Assembly: GCA_045660545.1 (NCBI GenBank)
Contig: JAZREA010000026.1
Location: forward strand, 12,561 to 76,560
From: Clostridia bacterium
GTDB taxonomy: Bacteria > Bacillota > Clostridia > Monoglobales > Firm-18
Direction: 5' to 3'
Length of the DNA stretch: 64,000 nucleotides
Shown: one piece after another, positions 10,321-19,557 of the stretch
Layout of the letters: each line of letters begins with the position of its first letter
Position numbering within the stretch: position 1 is the first letter of the stretch
The notes under the pieces: generated by a model
The model's database searches: none
What the model was told of the DNA's origin: nothing
The model's input: only the letters and a program-made list of their open reading frames with translations
Made by a program: the position numbers and the translations under genes

Positions 10321-11115
10321 TTATAGATCGTGAGAACTTTCTACAATCGTTTCAACCGGTATATCAGTGTCTACACCTTGCTTTGAAATATACATAAGAT
10401 ATTCGATATTACCCTCAGGCCCTTTGATAGGAGAGAATGTCACCCCTAAAACATTAAAGCCAATCTCTCTTGTAAACGAGAGCACGTTCTCTATTACTTC
10501 GATGTGTACGTTTTTGTCACGTACAACACCTTTTTTACCCACTTTTTCGCGCCCTGCTTCAAACTGTGGCTTAATCAGCGCCACTACTCGCCCGTCGTCT
10601 TTTAAAAGGTTGTACACAACAGGCAAAACAAGTTTTAAGGAAATAAACGCAACATCTATCGAAGCAAAGTCAAGCAACTCGTCTACATCGTCGTTTGTGA
10701 CGTAGCGGATGTTTGTGCGTTCCATGTTTACGACTCTTTCGTCCTGACGAAGCTTCCATGCGAGCTGGCCGTAGCCTACGTCCACACAGTACACCTTTTT
10801 GGCGCCGTTTTGCAGCATACAGTCAGTAAATCCGCCCGTTGATGCACCTACGTCCATGCAAACAAGCCCTGTTAAATCGAGGCTGTATTCGCTCATCGCC
10901 TTTTCAAGCTTCAAGCCGCCGCGGCTTACGTATTTAAGCGCAGAGCCTCTTACCTCAACAACGTCAGTTTCCTTAACCATGTCGCCAACCTTGTCGGCCT
11001 TTTGGTTGTTTATATACACAACGCCTTCCATAATAAGGCCCTGTGCTTTTTGTCTGCTTTCTGCCAGACCGTTTTCAACAATATATACGTCTAATCTTTG
11101 CTTCAAAGAGCGCAC
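10321..11115 (-). CDS. tlyA: TlyA-family rRNA 2'-O-methyltransferase (hemolysin A-like)
   Basis: 264 aa with an N-terminal S4 domain and a SAM motif (DVGASTGGFTD). Confidence 0.9.
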   Translation of the reverse strand: MRSLKQRLDVYIVENGLAESRQKAQGLIMEGVVYINNQKADKVGDMVKETDVVEVRGSALKYVSRGGLKLEKAMSEYSLDLTGLVCMDVGASTGGFTDCMLQNGAKKVYCVDVGYGQLAWKLRQDERVVNMERTNIRYVTNDDVDELLDFASIDVAFISLKLVLPVVYNLLKDDGRVVALIKPQFEAGREKVGKKGVVRDKNVHIEVIENVLSFTREIGFNVLGVTFSPIKGPEGNIEYLMYISKQGVDTDIPVETIVESSHDL

Positions 11116-12944
11116 ATCCTTTCGATGACCTTTGCTATTGAGGCGGAGTCAACCCCTTGACTTTCGTAGAGCTTTTGCACGTCGCCGTGTGTAACGAGCG
11201 TGTCGCTGTAACCTATTTTTTCAACCGCCATTCCGATTGCGTCTTCGACTATACTGCCAAGCCCTCCGCATACAGTGTTGTCCTCTACGGTTATTACCCT
11301 TTTGGTCTTTTGTGCGGATTTTAGTATAGTTTCGCGGTCGATAGGTTTAATAGTCCTTATGTCAATAACCTCGACACTGTATTTGGACATAGCCGCCGCA
11401 TCAAGCGCGTTTTTAAGCATAGTTCCCTCTGCGATAACAGTAATATCTTCGCCGGGCTTTACTACAACAGCCTTTTGGAACTCGAATTTTTCTTCGGATT
11501 CTGCCGATTCACTGCCAAACGACCTTGGGTACCTTATCGCGATGGGCATATCGTGCTTTTCAACTGCATATTCAAGCATCTGCTCCAACATAGAGCAGGA
11601 AGAAGGTGCAAGGATAGATACGTTTGGTAACGCGTTAAGGTAGGAAATATCAAAAATTCCGTGGTGCGTTTCACCGTCTGCTCCCACAAGACCTGCACGG
11701 TCTATCGCCAGTACAACGTGCGCCTTTTGAAGGATAAGGTCGTGGAATATATTATCATACGCCCTTTGTAAAAATGTGGAGTAAATAGCAACGACAGGAA
11801 TAATACCGCCTTTTGCCAGTCCGCCTGCAAATGTAACTGCGTGTCCTTCTGCAATCCCGACGTCAAAGAATCTTCTTTTGAATTTCTCAGAAAACTCATT
11901 AAGCCCTGTTCCGTCGGGCATAGCTGCGGTAATTGCAACAACCTTGTCGTTTTTTGATGCAATTTCGCACATCTTGTCGCCAAAAACTTTTGATGGAGAA
12001 GGGGAGGATGAACTACCAACTGTTTTACCGGTTGTGATGTCAAACTTGCCTATCCCGTGGAATTTCTTCGGGTTTTGTTCGGCGTGGATATAGCCCTTAC
12101 CCTTTTTGGTATATGTGTGTATCATAACAGGCCCGTTTATAGACCTTGCTCTTTTAAACACCTCAATCATCGCTTCGATGTTGTGGCCGTCAACAGGGCC
12201 TATGCACTTAAAGCCAAGCTCGTCAAAAATTGTCGATTTAACCAAAGTTTTTCTGGCAACGGCCTTTACACCGCTAATTGCAATATAAATAAACTTGCCT
12301 AAAAGCGGAATCTTCCTTAAAGTGTTGGAAACACTGCTCTTTGTCTTAAAGTATCCGGGGCTTGTGCGTAGCTTGTTAAGGTAGAGCGATAGTCCGCCTA
12401 CGTTTTTAGCAATCGACATTTCGTTGTCGTTTAAAACAACGATAAAGTTGGAGCTGAGCCTGGATGCGTTGTTGATTCCTTCAAATGCCAATCCACCGCT
12501 GAGCGCTCCGTCGCCGATAACTGCAACGACCGAGTTGGTTTCTCCTTTTAAGTCGCGGGCACACGCGTATCCAAGTGCCGCAGATATAGAGTTGCTTGCG
12601 TGCCCTGCGTTAAAGGCGTCAAACTCGCTCTCGTCCGAGCGGGGAAAGCCGCTTATTCCGCCAAAGCTGCGTAGTGTGTCAAAAGCGTCCGCTCTTCCTG
12701 TTATAATTTTATGTGCATACGACTGGTGTCCAACGTCCCATACGATTTTATCCTGCGGACAGTCGAAAACCGAGTGTAACGCCAAAGTCAGGTCGACAAC
12801 ACCAAGGCTTGACGCCAGATGCCCACCTGTTTTCGAAACACTATGTATCATAAATTCTCTTATTTCAAGAGCAAGCTCATTAAGAGACTTTATATCAAGT
12901 TTTTTAATATCCTGAGGTCCTTTAATACCTTTTAATAACTGCAA
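11103..12944 (-). CDS. dxs: 1-deoxy-D-xylulose-5-phosphate synthase
   Basis: 613 aa with TPP motifs (GHQSYAHKIITGR, GDGALSGG). Confidence 0.95.
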   Translation of the reverse strand: MQLLKGIKGPQDIKKLDIKSLNELALEIREFMIHSVSKTGGHLASSLGVVDLTLALHSVFDCPQDKIVWDVGHQSYAHKIITGRADAFDTLRSFGGISGFPRSDESEFDAFNAGHASNSISAALGYACARDLKGETNSVVAVIGDGALSGGLAFEGINNASRLSSNFIVVLNDNEMSIAKNVGGLSLYLNKLRTSPGYFKTKSSVSNTLRKIPLLGKFIYIAISGVKAVARKTLVKSTIFDELGFKCIGPVDGHNIEAMIEVFKRARSINGPVMIHTYTKKGKGYIHAEQNPKKFHGIGKFDITTGKTVGSSSSPSPSKVFGDKMCEIASKNDKVVAITAAMPDGTGLNEFSEKFKRRFFDVGIAEGHAVTFAGGLAKGGIIPVVAIYSTFLQRAYDNIFHDLILQKAHVVLAIDRAGLVGADGETHHGIFDISYLNALPNVSILAPSSCSMLEQMLEYAVEKHDMPIAIRYPRSFGSESAESEEKFEFQKAVVVKPGEDITVIAEGTMLKNALDAAAMSKYSVEVIDIRTIKPIDRETILKSAQKTKRVITVEDNTVCGGLGSIVEDAIGMAVEKIGYSDTLVTHGDVQKLYESQGVDSASIAKVIERMCAL

Positions 12945-12954
12945 TACGCTAACC

Positions 12955-13533
12955 TCATTTCTTCTTACGTTTAAACAGCTTGTCCTTAAAGTAAAGTAAC
13001 AAAGCGACTTTGTAAACTATCGCGTCCGCGCGCCTCATCGCCATACCCTTGCCAAGAGCCTTTCCGCCTACTGTAAATGCTGCAACCGCAGAGGTTAAAA
13101 TAAGCGAAAAAACGGTCGACTGAGCGCCCGTCTGAGCCATACGTGCGACAATAACAGTGGCAGTAGCACCACTTATAATACCGACAATATCTCCGACAAC
13201 GTCGTTGCAAAAGCTCGCTACTTTATCAGAGCTTTTGATAAGTTCAATAGCATTTTGTGAGCCTTTAATCTTTCTTGCCGCCATAGAGTGAAAAGGTACA
13301 TCAGACGCCGTTGCTACGGCGATACCGATAATGTCAAAAACAATACCGATAAATATAAGAACAAGTAATAAAATAAACGCCATTAAAAGATTTATACCTG
13401 ATAAAATCTCTGACGAGCTGTAGCTTAGTACAATCGAAATGATAAAAGACCAAAGTATAATTGTAATGGCCCACTTGTAGTTGTTGGGTTTTTTTGCGGT
13501 ATCTTTAAATTTAATTTTATTGCCCAAAGGCAA
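12955..13533 (-). CDS. oapA: OLE-associated membrane protein OapA (candidate)
   Basis: 192 aa (about 21 kDa), about 4 TM. Sits immediately downstream of a roughly 600-nt noncoding gap and upstream of dxs, the published OLE/oapA synteny. No direct homology check was possible. Confidence 0.7.
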   Translation of the reverse strand: MPLGNKIKFKDTAKKPNNYKWAITIILWSFIISIVLSYSSSEILSGINLLMAFILLLVLIFIGIVFDIIGIAVATASDVPFHSMAARKIKGSQNAIELIKSSDKVASFCNDVVGDIVGIISGATATVIVARMAQTGAQSTVFSLILTSAVAAFTVGGKALGKGMAMRRADAIVYKVALLLYFKDKLFKRKKK

Positions 13534-13559
13534 ATCACCTCTTTATTATAAAAAAAGTG

Positions 13560-14165
13560 TGGTAACGCACAAAGTAAACTTTACGGCTTAGGTCTGCCTG
13601 AATTTCTCCACAAAATGCCGATTTGTCGCCAAAAAGGAGGTTTCCCCTTAGATTTTGCGTTGCCGAGTTACCAAAGGCACTGGCAGATTGCCACTTAGAC
13701 CGTACTGCAATCCCTTGTGCGTTTTATAAAAAACAGCCTAGGAGTTTTCCTCAACAGTCACGCCAATTCTTGTCCTCTTTTGCAGGTGTGGTTTCAAGAA
13801 GCGATAACGTCGCATCATCGGCCAATGAAGAGACGTCTGATCTTTTATCCACCACAACCACTCAAGGCAGGCTACACTACCCACAGCATAATTAATCTAC
13901 ACCGCAAAGTAGGTTTCATCCTAATTCGTACAGCTCAAAAAGATGTCGCAAGTTGTAATGTCGCTGCACGATATTAGGTCTCCACGGAAACAGGGTCAAC
14001 GCCCGCATGCCATTGCGGATCGCCCTATTACCTTAACTCCCAGCATCAACCCGCGACTGGGCGTCGCAAGCAAACACAAGGAACTTCATCGATATGCCCT
14101 TTTACGGATTTTTAGGCCCGTCTTGGGAATTGGCAGAACTGACTAGGATACTGCACCACATTTTA
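13560..14165 (-). ncRNA. ole: OLE (ornate, large, extremophilic) RNA, candidate; ends approximate
   Basis: About 600 nt with no minus-strand ORF, only short ORFs on the plus strand. Visibly GC-richer than flanks and dense in local stems. Lies between ispA and the oapA-like gene inside xseAB-ispA-[gap]-oapA-dxs-tlyA-nadK-argR-recN. Confidence 0.7.
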
Positions 14166-14170
14166 TTTAA

Positions 14171-15040
14171 TTATTTGTTTCTTGTAAGTAAATATTCCGA
14201 AAGGCCAAGCAAAAAGTCCGCCCTTTTGCCAAAGGGCATAAGAGCTGCTTTTGCAAGCGCCGTGTGTTCTTTTAGCTTTTGCTTTGCACCGTCTATGCCA
14301 AAGAGCGTAACGTAGGTCTGGATGCCTCGCTTTTCGTCGCTGCCCACAGGCTTGCCCAATACCTCCTGAGTGCTCTGTACGTCCAAAATATCGTCCATAA
14401 TCTGAAAGGCTATTCCAAGGTTGTCCGCAAAGTCGTCGATTGCTTTTAGCTCGTCCTCATTTGCCTGCGCACACATTGCACCAAGCCTGCACGAAAGCTT
14501 AATAAGAGCGCCCGTTTTCATCTTATGAACTGTTTTTAACTCTTCGTAGTTTTTAGCACCGCTTATGTCTATAACCTGTCCGCCAATCATTCCGTCTGCT
14601 CCTGCGGCTGAGGCTATTTCGTTAATAGCTTTTAAAGTAACAGCCAAAGGCGTCTTAGAAAGCGACGCGGTCTCAAAAGCATAGGTCAAAAGAGTGTCCC
14701 CTGCAAGCAGAGCTATTGCTTCCCCGAACTTTTTGTGGTTTGTAGGAAGGCCACGCCTGTAATCGTCGTTGTCCATACAAGGCAGGTCGTCGTGAATCAG
14801 GGAATATGTGTGTATAAATTCAACGGCAGCGGCAAAGTGCTTTGCGCTTGATACGTCCTGACCAAGCATCTCACATACCGAGTATGTAAGAAGTGGCCTT
14901 AGCCGCTTTCCGCCTGCTTTAACCGAGTAGTTGGCGGAGTCGAATATAACCGAGTGAAGACCTTCCCCCTTAGGAGAAAGCTCGCCTATCCAGCCGTTTA
15001 TAACGTCAATTTTAGCTGTAAGTTCAGCGTTAAAGTCCAT
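14171..15040 (-). CDS. ispA: farnesyl diphosphate synthase / polyprenyl synthetase
   Basis: 289 aa with both Asp-rich motifs (LIHDDLPCMDNDDYRRG and FQIMDDILD). Confidence 0.92.
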   Translation of the reverse strand: MDFNAELTAKIDVINGWIGELSPKGEGLHSVIFDSANYSVKAGGKRLRPLLTYSVCEMLGQDVSSAKHFAAAVEFIHTYSLIHDDLPCMDNDDYRRGLPTNHKKFGEAIALLAGDTLLTYAFETASLSKTPLAVTLKAINEIASAAGADGMIGGQVIDISGAKNYEELKTVHKMKTGALIKLSCRLGAMCAQANEDELKAIDDFADNLGIAFQIMDDILDVQSTQEVLGKPVGSDEKRGIQTYVTLFGIDGAKQKLKEHTALAKAALMPFGKRADFLLGLSEYLLTRNK

Positions 15041-15041
15041 T

Positions 15042-15269
15042 TTATTCCTCCGGTGTATCGAATTCTTGTTTTACAATTTCGCCGTTTTTGTTAACTAAAA
15101 TGTTAATTTTCTTCTCTGCTTCATCAAGCGCCTTGTTGCATACGGCAGAAAGCTTCATGCCCTTTTCAAAGAGGGTAATCATCTCATCTAATGACAACTT
15201 GCCTTCTTCTAATGTCTTTACGATTGCTTCAAGCTCAGTGATAGAGCTTTCAAAATTCAAGTTTTCCAT
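15042..15269 (-). CDS. xseB: exodeoxyribonuclease VII small subunit
   Basis: 75 aa with the typical start FESSITELEAIVKTLEEGKLSLDE. Follows xseA. Confidence 0.9.
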   Translation of the reverse strand: MENLNFESSITELEAIVKTLEEGKLSLDEMITLFEKGMKLSAVCNKALDEAEKKINILVNKNGEIVKQEFDTPEE

Positions 15270-15273
15270 ATAA

Positions 15274-16521
15274 TCACCTTTTAACCGTGTTGTTAACGGT
15301 ACATTCTATTTTTCCGTCTGTAACGCGAACGCTAAGACTGTCTCCCGCACTGACCTCGCTTATGCTTGTAACAGTTCCGCGCTCTGTCGCCACAGAGCTG
15401 TAACCTCTTGTCATAACTTTTAGCGGGCTCAGCGCGTCGAGCTTTGCCAAGAGCACCTGGGCGCTTTTTAGCCTGTCGTGGAAAAACTCCTGCGAAAGAC
15501 GGCTGAGCTGTTGTGTTGCACGTTCGTTTCTTTGTTCACTCTGTGAAACAGATGTGCCGACACCACTCACAAGTTTTTGAACCATATTGTCTGTTCTTAG
15601 CCTGCTCTGGTTTATAAAGTCCATCGGGCTTTTAATGCTAAAGCTTGAAACAAGCCTTCTTTTGTAGTCAAATTCTTTTTTAATACTGCCAAGCATTCGT
15701 GACTGAAACTCGGTCAGCTTTTGCTTTAATTCAATCGAGGAAGGAACCGCAAGCTCAGCGGCAGCGGAAGGAGTAGGTGCTCTCAAATCTGCCACAAAGT
15801 CGGCGATGGTAAAGTCTGTTTCGTGCCCCACCGCAGAAATAATCGGTATTTCGGAGTTGTAAATTGCGTATGCGACTCGCTCGTCGTTAAAGCTCCATAA
15901 ATCCTCGATAGAGCCACCGCCGCGGCCGACTATAATTACGTCTGCCATCTTGTGTCGGTTAAGGTGCTCTATTGCGTTAACAATCTGCTGTGCGGAGCCG
16001 TCGCCTTGGACAAGCACCGGGCAGATTAAAATTTCTGCCATAGAAAACCGCCTTGAAGCCACGTTTATAATATCTCTCACAGCAGCTCCCGTGTGAGACG
16101 TTATAACCCCAACTGTCTTGGGAAAGGCGGGTATAGCCTTTTTGTGCGCAGAGTCAAACATGCCTTTTTCCTGCAACTGCTTTTTAAGAAGCTCGTACGC
16201 AACGTGCAGGTCTCCGACCCCGTCGGGCTGCATAGCCGAGATGTACAGCTGATATTGTCCGTCACGCTCGTAGAGCGATATCTTACCCGATGCGATAATC
16301 TTCATTCCGTTTTCAGGAGTAAAGTTGAGTCGGGCGGCGTACCCTTTAAACATAACCGCCCTGATTGTAGCGGTCTCGTCCTTTAAGGTCATGTAACAAT
16401 GACCCGAGGAATGAAGCTTAAAGTTTGAAATTTCCGCACGCACCGAAACGGAGCTGAGATTCATGTCTGTTTCAAGCAGCGTCTTTATATACTTGTTAAG
16501 CTGTGTAACGGAAATTGCCAC
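15274..16521 (-). CDS. xseA: exodeoxyribonuclease VII large subunit
   Basis: 415 aa with N-terminal OB fold (SVTQLNKYIKTLLE) and a catalytic core including GRGGGS. Confidence 0.92.
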   Translation of the reverse strand: MAISVTQLNKYIKTLLETDMNLSSVSVRAEISNFKLHSSGHCYMTLKDETATIRAVMFKGYAARLNFTPENGMKIIASGKISLYERDGQYQLYISAMQPDGVGDLHVAYELLKKQLQEKGMFDSAHKKAIPAFPKTVGVITSHTGAAVRDIINVASRRFSMAEILICPVLVQGDGSAQQIVNAIEHLNRHKMADVIIVGRGGGSIEDLWSFNDERVAYAIYNSEIPIISAVGHETDFTIADFVADLRAPTPSAAAELAVPSSIELKQKLTEFQSRMLGSIKKEFDYKRRLVSSFSIKSPMDFINQSRLRTDNMVQKLVSGVGTSVSQSEQRNERATQQLSRLSQEFFHDRLKSAQVLLAKLDALSPLKVMTRGYSSVATERGTVTSISEVSAGDSLSVRVTDGKIECTVNNTVKR

Positions 16522-16539
16522 CTTTTACGTACCTCCGAG

Positions 16540-16941
16540 TTAATTTTTGTCCTTTAAAACAGAAGACAAAACCCCGTTAACATACCCTGCGGCCTGTTCG
16601 CCCTCGTATGTTTTGGCCAAAGCAACAGCCTCGTTTATAGCCACTGTGTCGGGGATGTCATCAGAAAAAAGTATTTCATAAATCCCGAGAGTAAGGGCTG
16701 CCAGTGTAATTTTAGAAAGTCTTTCGATTTTCCAGCCTTTCGACTTTTCGGAAATTTTTGCATTAATTATTTCTGCGTTTTGCTCAATACCCTCGACAGC
16801 GCTAAGTATGTAGGATTTTGACTTGTCGTCAATGTCCTTATCTGCCGACGCTATATCGAAGATGTATTTTGTGTTTTCTTTTTGTATTTCAGATTGGTAA
16901 ATCAGCTTAAAGACAAAGTCTCTTGCAAGTTTACGTGTCAT
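16540..16941 (-). CDS. nusB: transcription antitermination factor NusB
   Basis: 133 aa, RKLARDFVFKLIYQ start, typical NusB helical fold length. Confidence 0.9.
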   Translation of the reverse strand: MTRKLARDFVFKLIYQSEIQKENTKYIFDIASADKDIDDKSKSYILSAVEGIEQNAEIINAKISEKSKGWKIERLSKITLAALTLGIYEILFSDDIPDTVAINEAVALAKTYEGEQAAGYVNGVLSSVLKDKN

Positions 16942-17115
16942 AATAGCATCATTTCTCCTAAATAGTGTAAAAAATATTCATACTTATTTAATATTATACA
17001 ATATATATGCAGAAAAATAAATAGTTTTTTCAAAGTTTTTTTAAAAAAAATTTACTTTTTGCATATTTTGTGCTAAAATATACCAAGAGCTTGTAAAACA
17101 AAAGGAGGAATACAT

Positions 17116-18354
17116 ATGGACAAGTTTGATAAAATATCTTTTTATCCTGCAAATATATGTTTGCCGAAAAATACAGATATGACAAAGTGGAGCGTCGTAG
17201 CGTGCGACCAGTATACATCACAGCCTGATTATTGGAACGGCGTAGAAGACTTTATAGGGGACGGCGTGTCCGCATATAATCTTGTTTTGCCCGAGATATA
17301 TCTTAATAACGCAGACGTAGATGAAAAGATTAAAGATATAAATATAAATATGGACGAGTATTTAAAGAGCGTATTGTCTGAACACAAGGACTGCTACATA
17401 TATGTCGAAAGAACGCTAAGGAGCGGCTCTGTAAGAAAGGGCATAGTTGGTATGGTAGACCTTGAACATTACGAGTTTGCACCGGGCAACAACGCTAAAA
17501 TACGCGCAACAGAAGGCACTGTTACCGAAAGAATACCTCCGCGTATGAAGGTGAGGAAGAATGCTTCGCTTGAATTGCCTCACGTTATGCTGTTAATAGA
17601 CGACGAGGAAGATGCGGTGTTTAGTACAGTTGCGGACAACTTAGGCGAAGAACTTTACAGCTTCCCTCTTATGATGGACAGTGGTTATATTAAAGGTTCC
17701 CTTGTAGCGGATAACGGCTTACTGGCAGACACCCTTTGCAGCCTTATGGACAAAAACGAGGACAAAAACGGCACAATGCTGTTTGCTGTCGGCGACGGCA
17801 ACCATTCTCTCGCTACTGCCAAGGCTTGTTGGGAAGAGTTAAAATCAAACTCCGACGTGCCACAAAATCATCCTGCAAGATACGCTCTTGTAGAGGTTGT
17901 AAATATCCACGACAGCGGTCTTTTGTTCGAGCCTATTCACAGAATTGTCTTTGGATGCGACGAGGAAAAGCTTTTGGATGAGTTTATAAAATATTGCGAG
18001 GCACAAACGGATGAGGTTGAAAATTGTCAGCAATTACAAGTAGTTAACAACTGTAAAGCTACCGCGCTTTACATCAAAAAACCGACATCAAATCTTACGG
18101 TCGGAACACTCCAGAAGTTTTTGGACGAATATATTGCTAAATACGGCGGCGAGGTAGACTATATACACGGCGCGGACGTTGTAGAGGAGCTTTCGAAGCA
18201 ACCCAAAACAATAGGTTTCTTGCTTCCCAAGCCGTCAAAGTCATCCTTGTTTGAAACGATAATCAAGGACGGAATTTTGCCGCGCAAAACATTTTCAATG
18301 GGCGAAGCCTACGATAAGAGATTCTATACAGAAGCAAGAAAAATTGTTTTTTAA
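17116..18354 (+). CDS. DUF1015 domain-containing protein
   Basis: 412 aa. The N-terminal region with SVVACDQYTSQPDYW matches the DUF1015 family pattern as recalled. Strong AAAGGAGG RBS. Confidence 0.8.
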   Translation: MDKFDKISFYPANICLPKNTDMTKWSVVACDQYTSQPDYWNGVEDFIGDGVSAYNLVLPEIYLNNADVDEKIKDININMDEYLKSVLSEHKDCYIYVERTLRSGSVRKGIVGMVDLEHYEFAPGNNAKIRATEGTVTERIPPRMKVRKNASLELPHVMLLIDDEEDAVFSTVADNLGEELYSFPLMMDSGYIKGSLVADNGLLADTLCSLMDKNEDKNGTMLFAVGDGNHSLATAKACWEELKSNSDVPQNHPARYALVEVVNIHDSGLLFEPIHRIVFGCDEEKLLDEFIKYCEAQTDEVENCQQLQVVNNCKATALYIKKPTSNLTVGTLQKFLDEYIAKYGGEVDYIHGADVVEELSKQPKTIGFLLPKPSKSSLFETIIKDGILPRKTFSMGEAYDKRFYTEARKIVF

Positions 18355-18381
18355 TTTAGCTTCGCTGTACGAGAGGTATAT

Positions 18382-19323
18382 ATGATATCTTTAAATGGAA
18401 AAGTTGTTTTAGCTCCAATGGCGGGAATAACAGACCGCGCTTTCAGAGAAGTGTGCATGGACTATGGTGCAGATATGTGCTTTACCGAGATGGTAAGCAC
18501 AAAGGGCCTTTACTATAACGATAAAAAGACCAGGACTCTTCTTGAAGTTTCCGAAAAAGAACAGCCCGTTTTTGCACAGCTTTTTGGCCACGAGCCGCAA
18601 ATTTACACCTCTGTTGTAAGAGAGGCCGCTTCCTTTGGTGCGTGTGGCATAGATATTAACTGCGGATGCCCTGCCAAAAAGATTATAACCAACCACGACG
18701 GCGGATATATGATGAAATCTCCGAAGACGATTTATGATGTTGTCCGCGCTGTCAAGGAGAGCACAGACCTGCCTGTTTCTGTTAAAATAAGGCTTGGTTG
18801 GGACGACGACAGTAAAAATGCAGTCGAGGTTGCGCGCCTGGCCGAGAAGGCGGGTGTGTCGCATATTACCGTACACGGCAGAACTGTTTCTCAAGCCTAC
18901 ACAGGCAAGGCGGATATAGACGGGATATATAAAGTGGTGCAAAGCGTGTCGGTCCCTGTTATTGCAAACGGGGACATAACCACGCCCGTCCTGGCGCAGG
19001 AAATGTTTGAAAAAACAGGGTGCGCCGCCATTATGATAGGCAGAGGTGCATTGGGCAATCCGTTTATTTTCGGGGCTGTCCGTTCTTATCTGGACGGAGG
19101 CGAGCTTTTGGACGCGCCAACGTACGAAGAGAGGATAAATACAGCTCTTGTGCATATTAAAAAAATTGTTCTTTATAAGGGCGAGTCGGTAGGCATAAAA
19201 GAGGCACGAAAGCACGCTCTTTGGTACGTAAAGGGAATGAAAAACAGCGTCAGGGTAAAGCAGCTTTTAACCTCAGCCACAAGCTATGAGGAAATGGAGA
19301 CACTGCTTACCTCTCTGATATAA
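18382..19323 (+). CDS. dusB: tRNA-dihydrouridine synthase (DusB-like)
   Basis: 313 aa with LAPMAGITDRAFR start and INCGCPAKK catalytic Cys motif. Confidence 0.9.
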   Translation: MISLNGKVVLAPMAGITDRAFREVCMDYGADMCFTEMVSTKGLYYNDKKTRTLLEVSEKEQPVFAQLFGHEPQIYTSVVREAASFGACGIDINCGCPAKKIITNHDGGYMMKSPKTIYDVVRAVKESTDLPVSVKIRLGWDDDSKNAVEVARLAEKAGVSHITVHGRTVSQAYTGKADIDGIYKVVQSVSVPVIANGDITTPVLAQEMFEKTGCAAIMIGRGALGNPFIFGAVRSYLDGGELLDAPTYEERINTALVHIKKIVLYKGESVGIKEARKHALWYVKGMKNSVRVKQLLTSATSYEEMETLLTSLI

Positions 19324-19557
19324 ATTTTACATTATCTTCTGTGAAAATAAAGTCATCAAGGTCGTTCTTTTTAAGAAGGCTTTCCGATGGCTTTTTTTCG
19401 TCCTCTTTAACTTTTAGTTCCATGTTGTTTTTGTTCTCTTTCATTATATACAACCTTTCTGAGTTTTTTAGGTTAAAATGGCTTGTAAATGAGAAAAAAA
19501 TGTGATACAATCATTATATTATAGATTAGTAATTTTATGCTCTTTGGCGGTGAACAT

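Noticed and set aside
13623-14315. Four plus-strand ORFs of 67-90 aa (13623-13895, 13717-13977, 13943-14146, 14094-14315) in the ispA-oapA gap
   Set aside because: They overlap each other in different frames, lack RBSs, and run antisense to a unidirectional operon. The interval fits the OLE RNA locus, and the last one also overlaps ispA.
18409-19215. 268-aa minus-strand ORF
   Set aside because: It lies entirely antisense within dusB, which has clear family motifs. The product is Arg/Cys/His-rich low-complexity, typical of a shadow ORF.
19307-19510. 67-aa minus-strand ORF (or 45 aa from ATG 19444) between dusB and the secreted-protein gene
   Set aside because: Weak SD only. It overlaps the dusB 3' end by 17 nt, has a low-complexity Lys/Glu/Asn composition, and shows no recognisable family. 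Kept as unsupported.
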